Positions 48,259 through 58,300 of a stretch of DNA of 64,000 bases are shown here, one piece after another. The translations under genes were made by a program, and so were the position numbers. The stretch is from Alphaproteobacteria bacterium (lineage in GTDB: Bacteria; Pseudomonadota; Alphaproteobacteria; UBA7887): contig OZ241745.1 of NCBI GenBank assembly GCA_965201115.1, positions 2,534,340-2,598,339 of the forward strand, given 5' to 3'. Below the pieces are notes generated by a model, which saw only the letters and a program-made list of their open reading frames with translations, searched no databases and was not told the origin of the DNA. Numbering within the stretch: the first letter of the stretch is position 1; each line of letters starts with the position of its first letter.

Positions 48259-49541
48259 GCCGGCCGCTGCGCGTCGGGCTCGCCGGCCTGGGAACGGTCG
48301 GCGCCGCGGTGGCGAAACTGCTGCGCGATCGGCGCGGCGCGCTGGCGGATCGCTGCGGCCGGCCGATCGAAATCGCCGCGGTCTCGGCGCGCGACCGCCG
48401 CAAGGACCGCGGCGCGGCGCTCGACGGGGTCGAGTGGGTCGACGACGCGGCGGCGCTGGCGGACCGCGATATCGATGTCGCGGTGGAGGCGATCGGCGGC
48501 GAGGGCGGCGCGGCGCTGGCGCTGGCGCGCCGCGCGCTCGACCGCGGCGTCGATGTGGTAACGGCGAACAAGGCGCTGATCGCGCGCCACGGAACGGAAC
48601 TTGCGCGGCGCGCCGAGGCGGGCGGCGCTAGCCTCGCGTTCGAGGCGGCGGTGGCGGGCGGCATTCCGGTCGTCAAGGCGCTGCGCGAGGGGCTCGCCGC
48701 CGCGCGCGTGCGGCGCGTGTTCGGCATTCTCAACGGCACCTGCAACTACGTGCTCACCGACATGCGCGAGACGGGCCGGTCGTTCGAGGCCGCGCTCGCC
48801 GAGGCCCAGGCGCTGGGTTACGCCGAGGCCGACCCCGCCTTCGACGTCGACGGCGTGGACGCCGCCCACAAACTGGCGATTCTCGCCAGTTTGGCGTTCG
48901 GAACACGGGTGGATTTCGATTCGGCGCATGTGGAAGGGATTCGCAACGTCGCGCCGGAAGACATCGCGTATGCGGAGGAGCTGGGCTATCGCATCAAGCT
49001 GCTGGGCATCGCCGAGCGCCGCGAGGACGGGCTTGCGCAGCGCGTACACCCCTGCATGGTTCCGCGCGCGGCGCCGATCGCGGCGGTCGAAGGCGTGCTG
49101 AACGCCGTGGTGTGCGACGCCGGCGAGGCGGGATCCACCGTCTATGAGGGCCCCGGCGCGGGCGCGGGGCCGACGGCGGCGGCGGTCGCGGCGGACATTG
49201 TGGATGCGGCGCGCGGGCGGCGCGCGCCGGCGTTTTCGGTTCCGGTCGCGGCGCTGGAGGCGGCGCCCGCCGCGCCGCTCGCGCGCCGCCGCGGCGCCTG
49301 GTACGTCCGTCTCTCGGTAGCGGATCGGCCCGGCGTCATCGCCGATATCGCGGCGCGCCTGCGCGACCGTTCGGTGTCGATCGAGGCGTTCGTCCAGCGC
49401 GCGCGCGGCGCGGCGCCGGTTCCCGTGGTCATGACGACGCACGAAACCGACGAAGCCTCGATGCGGGCGGCGCTGGCGGATATCGCGGCGCTCGACGCGG
49501 TCGCCGCGCCGCCGCGGTCGATCCGTATCGAAACGCTGTAA
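48255..49541 (+). CDS. hom: Homoserine dehydrogenase
   Basis: GLGTVG, VVTANKAL, EAAVAGGIP, GILNGTCNY, AEADP, C-terminal ACT domain. Confidence 0.96.
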   Translation: MSRPLRVGLAGLGTVGAAVAKLLRDRRGALADRCGRPIEIAAVSARDRRKDRGAALDGVEWVDDAAALADRDIDVAVEAIGGEGGAALALARRALDRGVDVVTANKALIARHGTELARRAEAGGASLAFEAAVAGGIPVVKALREGLAAARVRRVFGILNGTCNYVLTDMRETGRSFEAALAEAQALGYAEADPAFDVDGVDAAHKLAILASLAFGTRVDFDSAHVEGIRNVAPEDIAYAEELGYRIKLLGIAERREDGLAQRVHPCMVPRAAPIAAVEGVLNAVVCDAGEAGSTVYEGPGAGAGPTAAAVAADIVDAARGRRAPAFSVPVAALEAAPAAPLARRRGAWYVRLSVADRPGVIADIAARLRDRSVSIEAFVQRARGAAPVPVVMTTHETDEASMRAALADIAALDAVAAPPRSIRIETL

Positions 49542-49592
49542 GGTAGGCGCGGGCGGCGGGGAGGCGGCCGCCGCGCCCGAAGGAGAAGCGCA

Positions 49593-50576
49593 ATGTCCGA
49601 ACGAACCACGCTCGATCGCAATTTGGCGCTGGAGGCCGCGCGCGTCACCGAGGCGGCGGCGCTGGCGTGTTCGCGCCATATCGGGCGCGGAGACGAGCGC
49701 GCGGCGGATCAGGCCGCGGTGGATGCGATGCGGCGCGCGCTCGGCGCGCTGCCCATCGACGGCACGGTGGTTATCGGCGAGGGCGAGCGCGACGAGGCGC
49801 CGATGCTCTATATCGGCGAAAAGGTGGGAAGCGGCGGGCCGAAGGTCGATATCGCGCTCGACCCGCTGGAGGGCACCACGATCTGCGCCACCGGCGGCGC
49901 CAACGCGCTGGCGACGATCGCGATGGCCGAAGACGGCGGCTTCCTCAACGCCCCCGACGTCTATATGGACAAGATCGCGGTGGGCGGCGGCCTGCCGCCG
50001 GGAGTCGTCGATCTCGACGCCGAGCCGGGAGAAAACCTCCGCAATCTCGCCGAGGCGAAAGCCGTCGCGGTGGGCGACATCGTGGCGTGCATCCTCAACC
50101 GCCCGCGCCACGAGACGCTGATCGCCGCGGTGCGCGAGGCGGGCGCGCGGATCCGCCTGATCCAGGACGGCGACGTCGCCGGGGTCATCGCCACTTCGCG
50201 CGCCGATGCGGGGGTCGATATCTATTTGGGCTCCGGCGGGGCGCCGGAAGGCGTTCTCGCCGCGGCGGCCCTGCGCTGCATCGGCGGGCAGATGATGGGG
50301 CGGCTTCTGTTCCGCAACGACCGCGAGCGCGGGCGCGCGCGCAAGCTCGGCATCGACGATTTCGATCGGAAATACACGCTCGAGGACCTGGCGCGGGGCG
50401 ATGTCATGTTCGCCGCCACGGGCGTGACCGACGGGGCGATGCTGCGCGGCGTGCGGCGCGGCGCGAAAGGCGCGGAAACCGAGTCGCTGATCATGCGCTC
50501 CCGGACCGGGACGGTGCGGACGATACGCGCCTGGCACGATTTCACGCGCAAGCCGCCCGGCGACGATGGCCGCTAG
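49593..50576 (+). CDS. glpX: Class II fructose-1,6-bisphosphatase
   Basis: RVTEAAAL, VVIGEGERDEAPML, DPLEGT, DGDVAG, GGAPEGV. Confidence 0.96.
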   Translation: MSERTTLDRNLALEAARVTEAAALACSRHIGRGDERAADQAAVDAMRRALGALPIDGTVVIGEGERDEAPMLYIGEKVGSGGPKVDIALDPLEGTTICATGGANALATIAMAEDGGFLNAPDVYMDKIAVGGGLPPGVVDLDAEPGENLRNLAEAKAVAVGDIVACILNRPRHETLIAAVREAGARIRLIQDGDVAGVIATSRADAGVDIYLGSGGAPEGVLAAAALRCIGGQMMGRLLFRNDRERGRARKLGIDDFDRKYTLEDLARGDVMFAATGVTDGAMLRGVRRGAKGAETESLIMRSRTGTVRTIRAWHDFTRKPPGDDGR

Positions 50577-52377
50577 CGCGCCCGCCGCCGCCGACGCGCC
50601 GGCGTTGCTCGGCGTGGAGCGCTCGGCCGAGGGCCGGCGCTGGCAGGGCCGCTGCCCGAGCGACCGCCTGGCGCTGGCGCTGGCGCAGACGCTCGACGTG
50701 CCGGAAATCGTCGCGCGCACAATGGCGGGGCGCGGCGTGACGCCCGACCGCGCGGCGTTCTACATGAACCCCACCTTGCGCGAAGCGCTGCCCGATCCTT
50801 CGTCGTTCGCCGACATGGACCGCGCCGCCGAGCGCCTTGCCGACGCGCTGGAAAAGGGCGAAACCATCGGCATTTTCGGCGATTACGATGTCGATGGCGC
50901 GACCGCCTCAGCGCTGTTGCGGCTCTATGTCGAGGCCGCCGGGGGGCGCGCCCGCGCGCATATCCCCGACCGCCGCCGCGAGGGCTACGGGCCGAACGCG
51001 CCGGCGCTCGCGCAATTGGCGCGCGACGGCGCCGGCCTGGTCGTAACGGTCGATTGCGGCACGACGGCCTTCGACGCGCTCGGCGCGGCCGCCGACGCCG
51101 GCCTCGACGTCATCGTCGTGGATCACCACCACGCCGACGCGGAACTGCCGCGCTGCCACGCGCTGGTCAACCCGAACCGGCTCGACGATCGCAGCGGACA
51201 GGGCGCGCTGGCGGCGGTGGGTCTCGCCTTCGTCCTGCTCGTGGCGGTCAACCGCTGCCTGCGCGCGCGGGGGCGTTTCGCCGAGGGCGGGGAGCCCGAC
51301 CTGTTCCGGTTTCTCGATCTGGTGGCGCTCGGCACGGTGTGCGACGTGGTTCCGCTTGCCGGTCTCAACCGGGCGTTCGTGCGCCAGGGCCTGAAGGTCA
51401 TGGCGCGGCGCGGCAACCCCGGCCTCGCAGCGCTTGCCGACACGGCGCGCGTCGACTCCGCGCCCAACGCCTATCACGCGGGTTTCGTGCTCGGCCCGCG
51501 GATCAACGCCGGCGGGCGGGTGGGGGAGTCTCCGCTCGGCCACCGGCTGTTGTGCGCGCGCGACCGCGAGGAGGCGCTGCCCATCGCCATGCGGCTCGAA
51601 CGGCTCAACGCCGAGCGCCGGACGATCGAGAAGGACGTGCTGGCGGCGGCGGCGGAACGCGCCGAACGGGCGATGGCCGAGGCGCCCGCGGCGCTGACCG
51701 TCGCCGGCGAAGGCTGGAGCCCGGGCGTCATCGGATTGGTCGCGAGCCGGCTGGCCGAACGCTACCGCCGCCCCGTCATGGTCTTTGCCATCGACGGCGC
51801 GGAGGCGAAAGGCAGCGCGCGCTCGGTTCCGGGCTTCGACATCGGCGCGGCGGTCGCCGCGGCGCGGGAGGCGGGGCTGGCGGCGGCGGGCGGCGGCCAC
51901 CCGATGGCCGCGGGCGCGACGCTCAGGGCGGAAACCGGTTCGATCGCCGAATCGGTCGCGGCGTTCGCGCGATTTCTGCAAGACCGCGCGGCGGCGAGCG
52001 GCGCGTCGCTCCGGCCCGCAGTGTTGTGGCTCGACGGCGCGCTATCGCCGGGCGGGGCGACGCCGGAACTGATGGACACGCTCGAGACCGCGGCGCCGTT
52101 CGGCGCCGGCAACCCCGAGCCGCGCTTCGCCATGCCGGCGTGCCGGGTCGAATACGCGAGCGTCGTGGGCGACGGCCATGTGCGTTGCCGCCTCGCGAGC
52201 ATGGGCGGGGAGCGGCTGGCGGCGATTGCGTTTCGCGCCGCCGACCGGCCCGCGGGGCGGAGCCTGCTCGCCGCGCGCGGCGGCGCGTTGCACGTGGCGG
52301 GCCAGCTGCGGCGCGACCGCTGGCGCGGGCGCGACGGCGTGCAATTCGCGGTGGAAGACACGGCGGCGGCGCGATGA
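50566..52377 (+). CDS. recJ: Single-stranded-DNA exonuclease
   Basis: GDYDVDG, TVDCG, DHH, LVALGTVCDVV, GPRINAGGR, GGHPMAAG. Confidence 0.96.
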   Translation: MAASAPAAADAPALLGVERSAEGRRWQGRCPSDRLALALAQTLDVPEIVARTMAGRGVTPDRAAFYMNPTLREALPDPSSFADMDRAAERLADALEKGETIGIFGDYDVDGATASALLRLYVEAAGGRARAHIPDRRREGYGPNAPALAQLARDGAGLVVTVDCGTTAFDALGAAADAGLDVIVVDHHHADAELPRCHALVNPNRLDDRSGQGALAAVGLAFVLLVAVNRCLRARGRFAEGGEPDLFRFLDLVALGTVCDVVPLAGLNRAFVRQGLKVMARRGNPGLAALADTARVDSAPNAYHAGFVLGPRINAGGRVGESPLGHRLLCARDREEALPIAMRLERLNAERRTIEKDVLAAAAERAERAMAEAPAALTVAGEGWSPGVIGLVASRLAERYRRPVMVFAIDGAEAKGSARSVPGFDIGAAVAAAREAGLAAAGGGHPMAAGATLRAETGSIAESVAAFARFLQDRAAASGASLRPAVLWLDGALSPGGATPELMDTLETAAPFGAGNPEPRFAMPACRVEYASVVGDGHVRCRLASMGGERLAAIAFRAADRPAGRSLLAARGGALHVAGQLRRDRWRGRDGVQFAVEDTAAAR

Positions 52378-53252
52378 GCGCCCGCATCCGCACGGCCGTT
52401 ATCCCCGTCGGCGGCCTCGGCACGCGGTTTCTGCCCGCAACCAAGGCCGTGCCGAAGGAAATGCTGCCGCTGGCCGATAAACCGCTGATCCAGTACGCGG
52501 TGGAGGAAGCGCGCGCGGCGGGGGTCGAGCGCATCGTCCTCGTCACGGCGCGGGGCAAGTCGGCCGTTGTGGATCATTTCGACGAGGCGCCGGAACTGGC
52601 GGCGGCGCTCGCCGCGGCGGGCAAGACGAACGAGGCCGCGGCGCTGGCGGCGAGCGTCGCGCCGCCGGGAACGGTGCTGGCCGTGCGCCAGCCGCGCCCG
52701 CTCGGCCTCGGCCACGCGGTGCTGTGCGCGCGCGCCGCGGTGGGGGACGAACCGTTCGCGGTCCTGCTCCCCGACGATCTGATACCGGGGCCGCGCCCCT
52801 GCCTTGCGCAAATGATCGAGGCGTGGGCGGAAACGGGCGGCATGCTTGTCGCGGCGATGCGCGTTCCGGCCGCGGAGACCGGGCGCTACGGCATCGTGGC
52901 GCCGGGCGCGCGCAAGGGGCGCCTGGTCGCGGTTTCCGGGCTGGTGGAAAAGCCGGCGCCCGGCGCCGCGCCGTCGGACCTCGCCATCGTCGGGCGCTAT
53001 ATCCTTGCGCCGCCGGTGTTCGCGCACCTGGAGAGCGGGCGCCGCGGCGCGGGCGGCGAAATCCAGCTGACCGACGCCATCGCCGCGGCGGCGGGCGCGG
53101 CGCCGGTCCATGCCTTCCTGTTCGAGGGCGAGCGTTTCGACTGCGGCGACAAATTGGGGTTTCTCGAAGCGTCCATCGCGTGCGCGCTCGCGCGGCCGGA
53201 CATGGCGGACGGCGTGCGCGCGATGCTCGCGCGGCGCGCGCGGCGGGCATGA
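52374..53252 (+). CDS. galU: UTP--glucose-1-phosphate uridylyltransferase
   Basis: GLGTRFLPATKAVPKEML, LGLGHAV, LVEKP, GEIQLTDA, RFDCG. Confidence 0.95.
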   Translation: MSARIRTAVIPVGGLGTRFLPATKAVPKEMLPLADKPLIQYAVEEARAAGVERIVLVTARGKSAVVDHFDEAPELAAALAAAGKTNEAAALAASVAPPGTVLAVRQPRPLGLGHAVLCARAAVGDEPFAVLLPDDLIPGPRPCLAQMIEAWAETGGMLVAAMRVPAAETGRYGIVAPGARKGRLVAVSGLVEKPAPGAAPSDLAIVGRYILAPPVFAHLESGRRGAGGEIQLTDAIAAAAGAAPVHAFLFEGERFDCGDKLGFLEASIACALARPDMADGVRAMLARRARRA

Positions 53253-54658
53253 ACGAAGCGCATCGCTTCGACCCTTCGGTCCTGCGCGCCTACGACGTGC
53301 GCGGCCAGCTGGGGCCGGCTTTCGGCGAGGCCGACGCGCGGGCGCTCGGCCGGGCGTTCGCCACGCGGCTCGGCGGCGGGCGCGCCGCGCCGCGCATATG
53401 CACGGGATACGACGGGCGCACGAGCTCGCCAGCGCTCGAGGCGGCTTTGGCGGAGGGGCTGCGCGCCAGCGGCGCCGACGTCACGCGCATCGGGCTGGGC
53501 CCGACGCCAATGCTCTATTTCGCGGTCCGCGCGCTCGACGCCGACGGCGGGGTCATGGTGACGGGCTCGCACAACCCGCCGGATCACAACGGGTTCAAGA
53601 TGACCGTGCGCGCGGGGGCGTTTTACGGCGAGGACATTCAGGAACTGGGCCGCATCGCGCGCGGCGGCGGCTTTGCGTCGGGAGCGGGCGCGGCGCGCGA
53701 CGAAGACGTTTCGGAAGCCTATGTCGATGCGCTGGCGGGCGCCTGGCGATCCGACCGCGAACTGCGCGTCGCGTGGGACGCCGGAAACGGCGCCGCGGGC
53801 GGGATCATGACGCGCCTCGCCGAGCGCCTCCCCGGTTTTCACATCATGCTGTGCGAAACCGTGGACGGGACATTCCCCGAGCACCACCCCGACCCGACGG
53901 TGGCGGAAAACCTGGAGTTGCTGATCGGCACGGTGCGCGGGGCCGGGTGCGATCTCGGCGTCGCGTTCGACGGCGACGGCGATCGCCTCGGCGCCGTCGA
54001 CGGCCGGGGGCGTATCCTGCACGGCGACCGCCTCCTGTGCCTGCTGTGCGAACCGGTATTGGCCGAGCGGCCCGGCGCGACGGTAATAGCCGATGTCAAG
54101 GCGAGCCAAGTGCTGTTCGATCGCATTGCGGAACTGGGCGGGACGCCGCTCATGTGGCGCACCGGCCATTCGCCCATCAAGAGCAAGATGGCCGAGATCG
54201 GCGCGCCGCTCGCCGGCGAGATGAGCGGCCACATCTTTTTTGCCGACCGCTATTTCGGATACGACGACGGCCTCTACGCGGCCGTGCGCTTGCTGGACAC
54301 GGTTGCGCAAAGCGGCGAGAGCGCGGCGGCGCTGCGCGATCGGCTGCCGAAAACCGCGAGCACGCCGGAAATCCGCTTTGCGTGCCCCGAGGAGCGCAAA
54401 TTCGCGGTCGTCGCCGAAGTCGCCGAACGGCTGCGCCGCGACGGCGCCGAGGTCAACGAGATCGACGGCGCGCGCGTGACGGCGCCCGACGGCTGGTGGC
54501 TGCTGCGCGCCTCGAACACGCAGGCCGCGCTGGTCGCGCGCTGCGAGGCGCGCGACGCGGCCGGGCTGGCGCGGCTCAAGGCAACGCTGGCGGAGCGGCT
54601 CGCGCAAAGCGGCGTCGCGGCGCCCCCCGAACTCGACCCCTCCGGCGCTTCCATTTGA
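53249..54658 (+). CDS. Phosphomannomutase/phosphoglucomutase
   Basis: RAYDVRG, TGSHNP, FDGDGDR, GEMSGH, RASNT. Confidence 0.95.
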   Translation: MNEAHRFDPSVLRAYDVRGQLGPAFGEADARALGRAFATRLGGGRAAPRICTGYDGRTSSPALEAALAEGLRASGADVTRIGLGPTPMLYFAVRALDADGGVMVTGSHNPPDHNGFKMTVRAGAFYGEDIQELGRIARGGGFASGAGAARDEDVSEAYVDALAGAWRSDRELRVAWDAGNGAAGGIMTRLAERLPGFHIMLCETVDGTFPEHHPDPTVAENLELLIGTVRGAGCDLGVAFDGDGDRLGAVDGRGRILHGDRLLCLLCEPVLAERPGATVIADVKASQVLFDRIAELGGTPLMWRTGHSPIKSKMAEIGAPLAGEMSGHIFFADRYFGYDDGLYAAVRLLDTVAQSGESAAALRDRLPKTASTPEIRFACPEERKFAVVAEVAERLRRDGAEVNEIDGARVTAPDGWWLLRASNTQAALVARCEARDAAGLARLKATLAERLAQSGVAAPPELDPSGASI

Positions 54659-54669
54659 GGAGACACCCG

Positions 54670-55611
54670 ATGCCCGACTCCATGCATCCGCAACTCGCCG
54701 CCTTGCTCGAACGGATCGCCGAAGCCGGCTACCCGGACCAAATCGCCGTTCCGGTAGAGGAAGCGCGAGACATCACGGTGGATCGCGCCGCGCGGTTTTA
54801 CGGCGATCCGCAGCCCGTGGAGCGCATCGAGCCGCTGACCGTCGGCGGCGCCGACGGGCCGCTGCAGGCGAAACTCTATGCGGTGAGATCCGCGGCGCCG
54901 CTTCCCGTTGTCGTCTATTTTCACGGCGGCGGCTGGGTGCTCGGCAATATCGACAGCCACGACAAGGGCGTGCGCGCAATGACGAACGCCGCGCAATGCA
55001 TGACGGTGTCGGTGAATTACCGCCGCGCGCCCGAACATCCCTTCCCCGCCGCGGCGGAGGACTGCTTCGCGGCGCTGCGCTGGGTGGCGGAGAACGCCGC
55101 GCGGTTCGGCGGCGACCCGGCGCGCATCGCGGTGGCCGGCGACAGCGCGGGCGGCAACCTGGCCGCGGTATGCGCGCTGACGGCGCGCGACGCCGGCGGC
55201 CCCGCGCTGGCGTTTCAGCTGCTGATCTACCCTGTCGTGGACTGCGATCTCGACGGCGGCACATACGCCACGCTCGGCGACGCCCCGGTGCTGAACCGGG
55301 CGCGCATGGCGTATTTCTGGGACCTCTACGTTCCCGACGCCGCGCGCCGCGCCGACTGGCGCTGCTCCCCGCTGCGCGCCGCGAGCCACGCGGGGCTGCC
55401 CCCCGCGCTGGTGATCGGCGCCGGCATCGACCCGCTCTACGGCGAGGGCGCCGCGTACGCCGAGGCGCTGCGCAAGGCCGGGGTGGAAGCCGAACATGCC
55501 GGTTTTCCGCGCATGACGCACGCTTTCTTCCAGGCCCCTGCCGTGCTCGACGACGCCCGCGCCGCGGTAGCCGCCGCCGGCGCCGCGCTGCGCCGCGCCT
55601 TCGCCGGCTGA
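54670..55611 (+). CDS. HSL-family alpha/beta hydrolase (esterase)
   Basis: YFHGGGW, GDSAGGNL, DPL, HAFF. Confidence 0.92.
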   Translation: MPDSMHPQLAALLERIAEAGYPDQIAVPVEEARDITVDRAARFYGDPQPVERIEPLTVGGADGPLQAKLYAVRSAAPLPVVVYFHGGGWVLGNIDSHDKGVRAMTNAAQCMTVSVNYRRAPEHPFPAAAEDCFAALRWVAENAARFGGDPARIAVAGDSAGGNLAAVCALTARDAGGPALAFQLLIYPVVDCDLDGGTYATLGDAPVLNRARMAYFWDLYVPDAARRADWRCSPLRAASHAGLPPALVIGAGIDPLYGEGAAYAEALRKAGVEAEHAGFPRMTHAFFQAPAVLDDARAAVAAAGAALRRAFAG

Positions 55612-55779
55612 GTGTCTGTACCGGAATGCTTACTCCGCCGAAGGCGGGGCTTGGGCGCCCGCCCGTCCCCGCCCGCACGTTTCTGCGCGGCGCGATGTCG
55701 GCGGGGAAGCGCGAGCGGACAAGATGCCCGCCGGTCCCTGCCGTACCGATAGCTGCCGAATTCCGGTACAGATTCTCAG
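55608..55779. mobile_element. MITE-like element with 20-bp terminal IRs enclosing a degenerate REP doublet
   Basis: ctgagtgtctgtaccggaat (55608-55627) versus the reverse complement of 55760-55779, ctgagaatctgtaccggaat: 18/20. Confidence 0.6.
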
Positions 55780-55953
55780 GCCGCGACGCCGCGATGATCC
55801 GCCAATTGCCTGCACAGGTCCGCCAAGCCGCAGGCGCAAACTGTCGACGCTTTCGACCGTGCCGTTCTTGTACCACTTGATCGAATGCCGGCACATTTGC
55901 CGTACGCCGTATTCTCACCGCGCGCGATCTCCGGGCTTCCGACAGAATCCTCA

Positions 55954-56976
55954 TCATCCAGCGGGTTCGCCGATGCGCATGGCGCGTGCTTGAGGCAGAA
56001 ACTCCCAATGTTGTTGCACCGCCTTCGCAATCCAATTCAGATCGAGAAAATGCACGCCGCCGCCCGGCGGTTCCGGCCGTTCCGGCGTCAGAACAGCCGA
56101 GTACAGACGGACTCCGGGGTTGTACGGTCCGGCGTCCCCGAAATTCGGAGCATGTCGCGCGTACAATTTGGCTTGCATCAAGCCTACAAGATTGCCCTCT
56201 TCATCGCTTCCGATTCCGTCCACGCCGCCATCTCCGGTACCCCCGACGTGCCGCCATATTTCGTGTGGGTGCTCCAACTGCAGGAGCGATACCACCAGGC
56301 ATTCGAACGCGTACGGAAAGAGCGTATCGACCAGGCGCCGTTTGATATCGTCGAGATCGAGCGTCCACGGGACCGGGTGGTGTTCCCCATCGACGATCGA
56401 TTCGAGAACAGCATAGGCAGTGATGTTCCTATCGACAGGGTGACGGCCGAAAACACCGTAGGTTGTGCGGCCCAGCATGGTCCGGAGCATCCATCCGGGG
56501 AGCTGCGTGAGATCGATCTGCCGATACTCGTCGATAGGCCACCCCTGCGCGACGTCGGCGATATGATGATTTTCGTCGTCGTTGTGTGCATCGAGACCTT
56601 GCGTTTCCCGCAACGTCAGGTAATCCTTGGCCCAGCCCGGCGCATTCACGATATCGTAGTCCCCGGTTATCCGGGCGACGTAAACAACGCCTTCACGCGG
56701 CCGCGGGATAACGACTATCGATCCGCACGTCACTTTCTGAACCAAGTTGCGGTTCTTTGTATGTTGTGGTGTGAACTGGGGGTTAACCGCCCGCTCATGC
56801 GCCCATTCCTCATCGTCGACCGTGAGATCGACGAGACAGTGTTGCAGGTTGTTCCGGTCGTACTCGCGCCCGAACCCGAGTAGCGGATGGCCGATAAACA
56901 CGCGCGCCGCCTGTTCGAAGATTGCGAACGCGTCGCAGCCTTGCGGCTTGGCTCGGCAGAAAAACGCGATAGGCAT
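55954..56976 (-). CDS. Mrr-like (PD-(D/E)xK) restriction endonuclease with uncharacterised N-terminal domain
   Basis: FECLV..LL...GGTGDGGVDGIG...MQAKLY; AAGGGGGAG RBS; AT-richer than the backbone. Confidence 0.7.
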   Translation of the reverse strand: MPIAFFCRAKPQGCDAFAIFEQAARVFIGHPLLGFGREYDRNNLQHCLVDLTVDDEEWAHERAVNPQFTPQHTKNRNLVQKVTCGSIVVIPRPREGVVYVARITGDYDIVNAPGWAKDYLTLRETQGLDAHNDDENHHIADVAQGWPIDEYRQIDLTQLPGWMLRTMLGRTTYGVFGRHPVDRNITAYAVLESIVDGEHHPVPWTLDLDDIKRRLVDTLFPYAFECLVVSLLQLEHPHEIWRHVGGTGDGGVDGIGSDEEGNLVGLMQAKLYARHAPNFGDAGPYNPGVRLYSAVLTPERPEPPGGGVHFLDLNWIAKAVQQHWEFLPQARAMRIGEPAG

Positions 56977-57644
56977 GGTCCCAGTCTCCCCCTTCTGGAT
57001 ACCGCCATGTCGGCGGCGCGCCGACAAGCGCGGTCCATGGCACCCAGCGAAGCCGTCGCACCGCGTCGGCACCGACGCACTATAGCAGCTCGTGCGCGCC
57101 CGCGCAACTGCCGACCGGCGGCGTTCTTGCCAGACGCTACCGTTGCCCGGTCGGCGCGCCGTGTCCGGTCCTGCGCCTCAAAAATCCGGCGCGGCGGCCC
57201 CGCTGCGCGTGCCTGCGCCGTCCGGTGCGGTCGGCGAAACGGCGGGCTGCCTTGGCCCAAGGACCGATTCGGGCGGCTGCGGAGCCTTCGTCGAGAGCGG
57301 AACGTTCGCGTCGCCGAAACCGGTTCGGGGCGACTCGTACTCGTCGGTAGCTGTGCGCCATGCGCGGGGCATGGCCTTGCGCGGCGCCGTTACAGGCAAG
57401 AGCCAGCAGGGCGCCGGCGGCCCCGGATTTGCGTTCGACGGTTCCGGGGCGCCGTTGCGGGGCATTGCGGGGATCTGCGGGGCCCCGGGGCGGGCTCGCG
57501 CGCCGGTCGGACGAAGCGCGGCAGCGCTCTCCGGCGGCGCGTTCAGCGTTGTCGCGGTCGTTCGCCCGTTCGTATTCGCGTTCGGCTTCGCAGCGTTCGC
57601 AGGCGATGCGAACGGCCCCCCGCTGGCGTCCGGCGTATTCCTTC

Positions 57645-57948
57645 TGCTCGATTCGCGAATCGTATGTACCGAAGACCGGGTCGCCTCCGGGGGCAGGGTG
57701 CTTGGGCGCCGTCGCGCCGAAGGCGCAGACTTCCTGGGTGCGCGGGCGTCTCGCCCGCACGTCTCCAACGCGCCGAAGTCTGCCACGACGGGCACGCTGC
57801 CGCGCGCCTCTCTGCCAACGCTGCGCCGCGTGCAAACGCGCGGGCGGGGACGCCCGCGCACCCAAGGAGTCAGAGCCTTCGGCGTGACGGCGTTCAATGC
57901 CGCCAAGCAAAATTGCGGCCCAAGTACAGACGATACGCGAATTAAGCG
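57645..57948. mobile_element. IS1595-type MITE (~304 bp) carrying an inverted REP doublet
   Basis: IR-like 57647-57669 and 57924-57946 in inverted orientation; flanks attccttc / atttcttc (7/8, TSD-like); internal ~56-bp inverted arms. Confidence 0.7.
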
Positions 57949-58037
57949 ATTTCTTCCAATTCTGATCGGACCGCCAACGTCGAGGGACGTTATAATACCA
58001 ATGCAACATAACGCGTGGAAATCTGGGGCAGTCCCAT

Positions 58038-58148
58038 AGTTATACCAACAGCTGTTGATGTTGACCCCTCTGTGCCCACATTTTCATGCCGGTCAAGGCC
58101 ACATTCCGCAGTTAGGACGAGTCAACATCAACAGCCGTTGGTATAACT
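58038..58148. repeat. 111-bp AT-rich hairpin (28-bp arms, 55-nt spacer)
   Basis: agttataccaac(a/g)gctgttgatgttgac arms, 27/28 identical. Confidence 0.85.
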
Positions 58149-58300
58149 CACGACCGTTCCGGTCGGTAAAATCCGCCGCCGACATACGCACCTCGATCAA
58201 TCGATTTCTACCAAACCACACACCAACCCCACCAAAATCATACTATAACCGGGCGCACTTCGGAATCGTGACAATAGCGCGGCCGTTTCCAATACCATGA

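Noticed and set aside
57137-58009. 290-aa minus-strand ORF and overlapping ORFs in the 57-58 kb gap
   Set aside because: They translate through REP/MITE sequence and show no recognisable domain or start signals
58038-58148. Integron attC site
   Set aside because: The ends do not fit RYYYAAC...GTTRRRY, the stem is too perfect, and no integrase or cassette array is present
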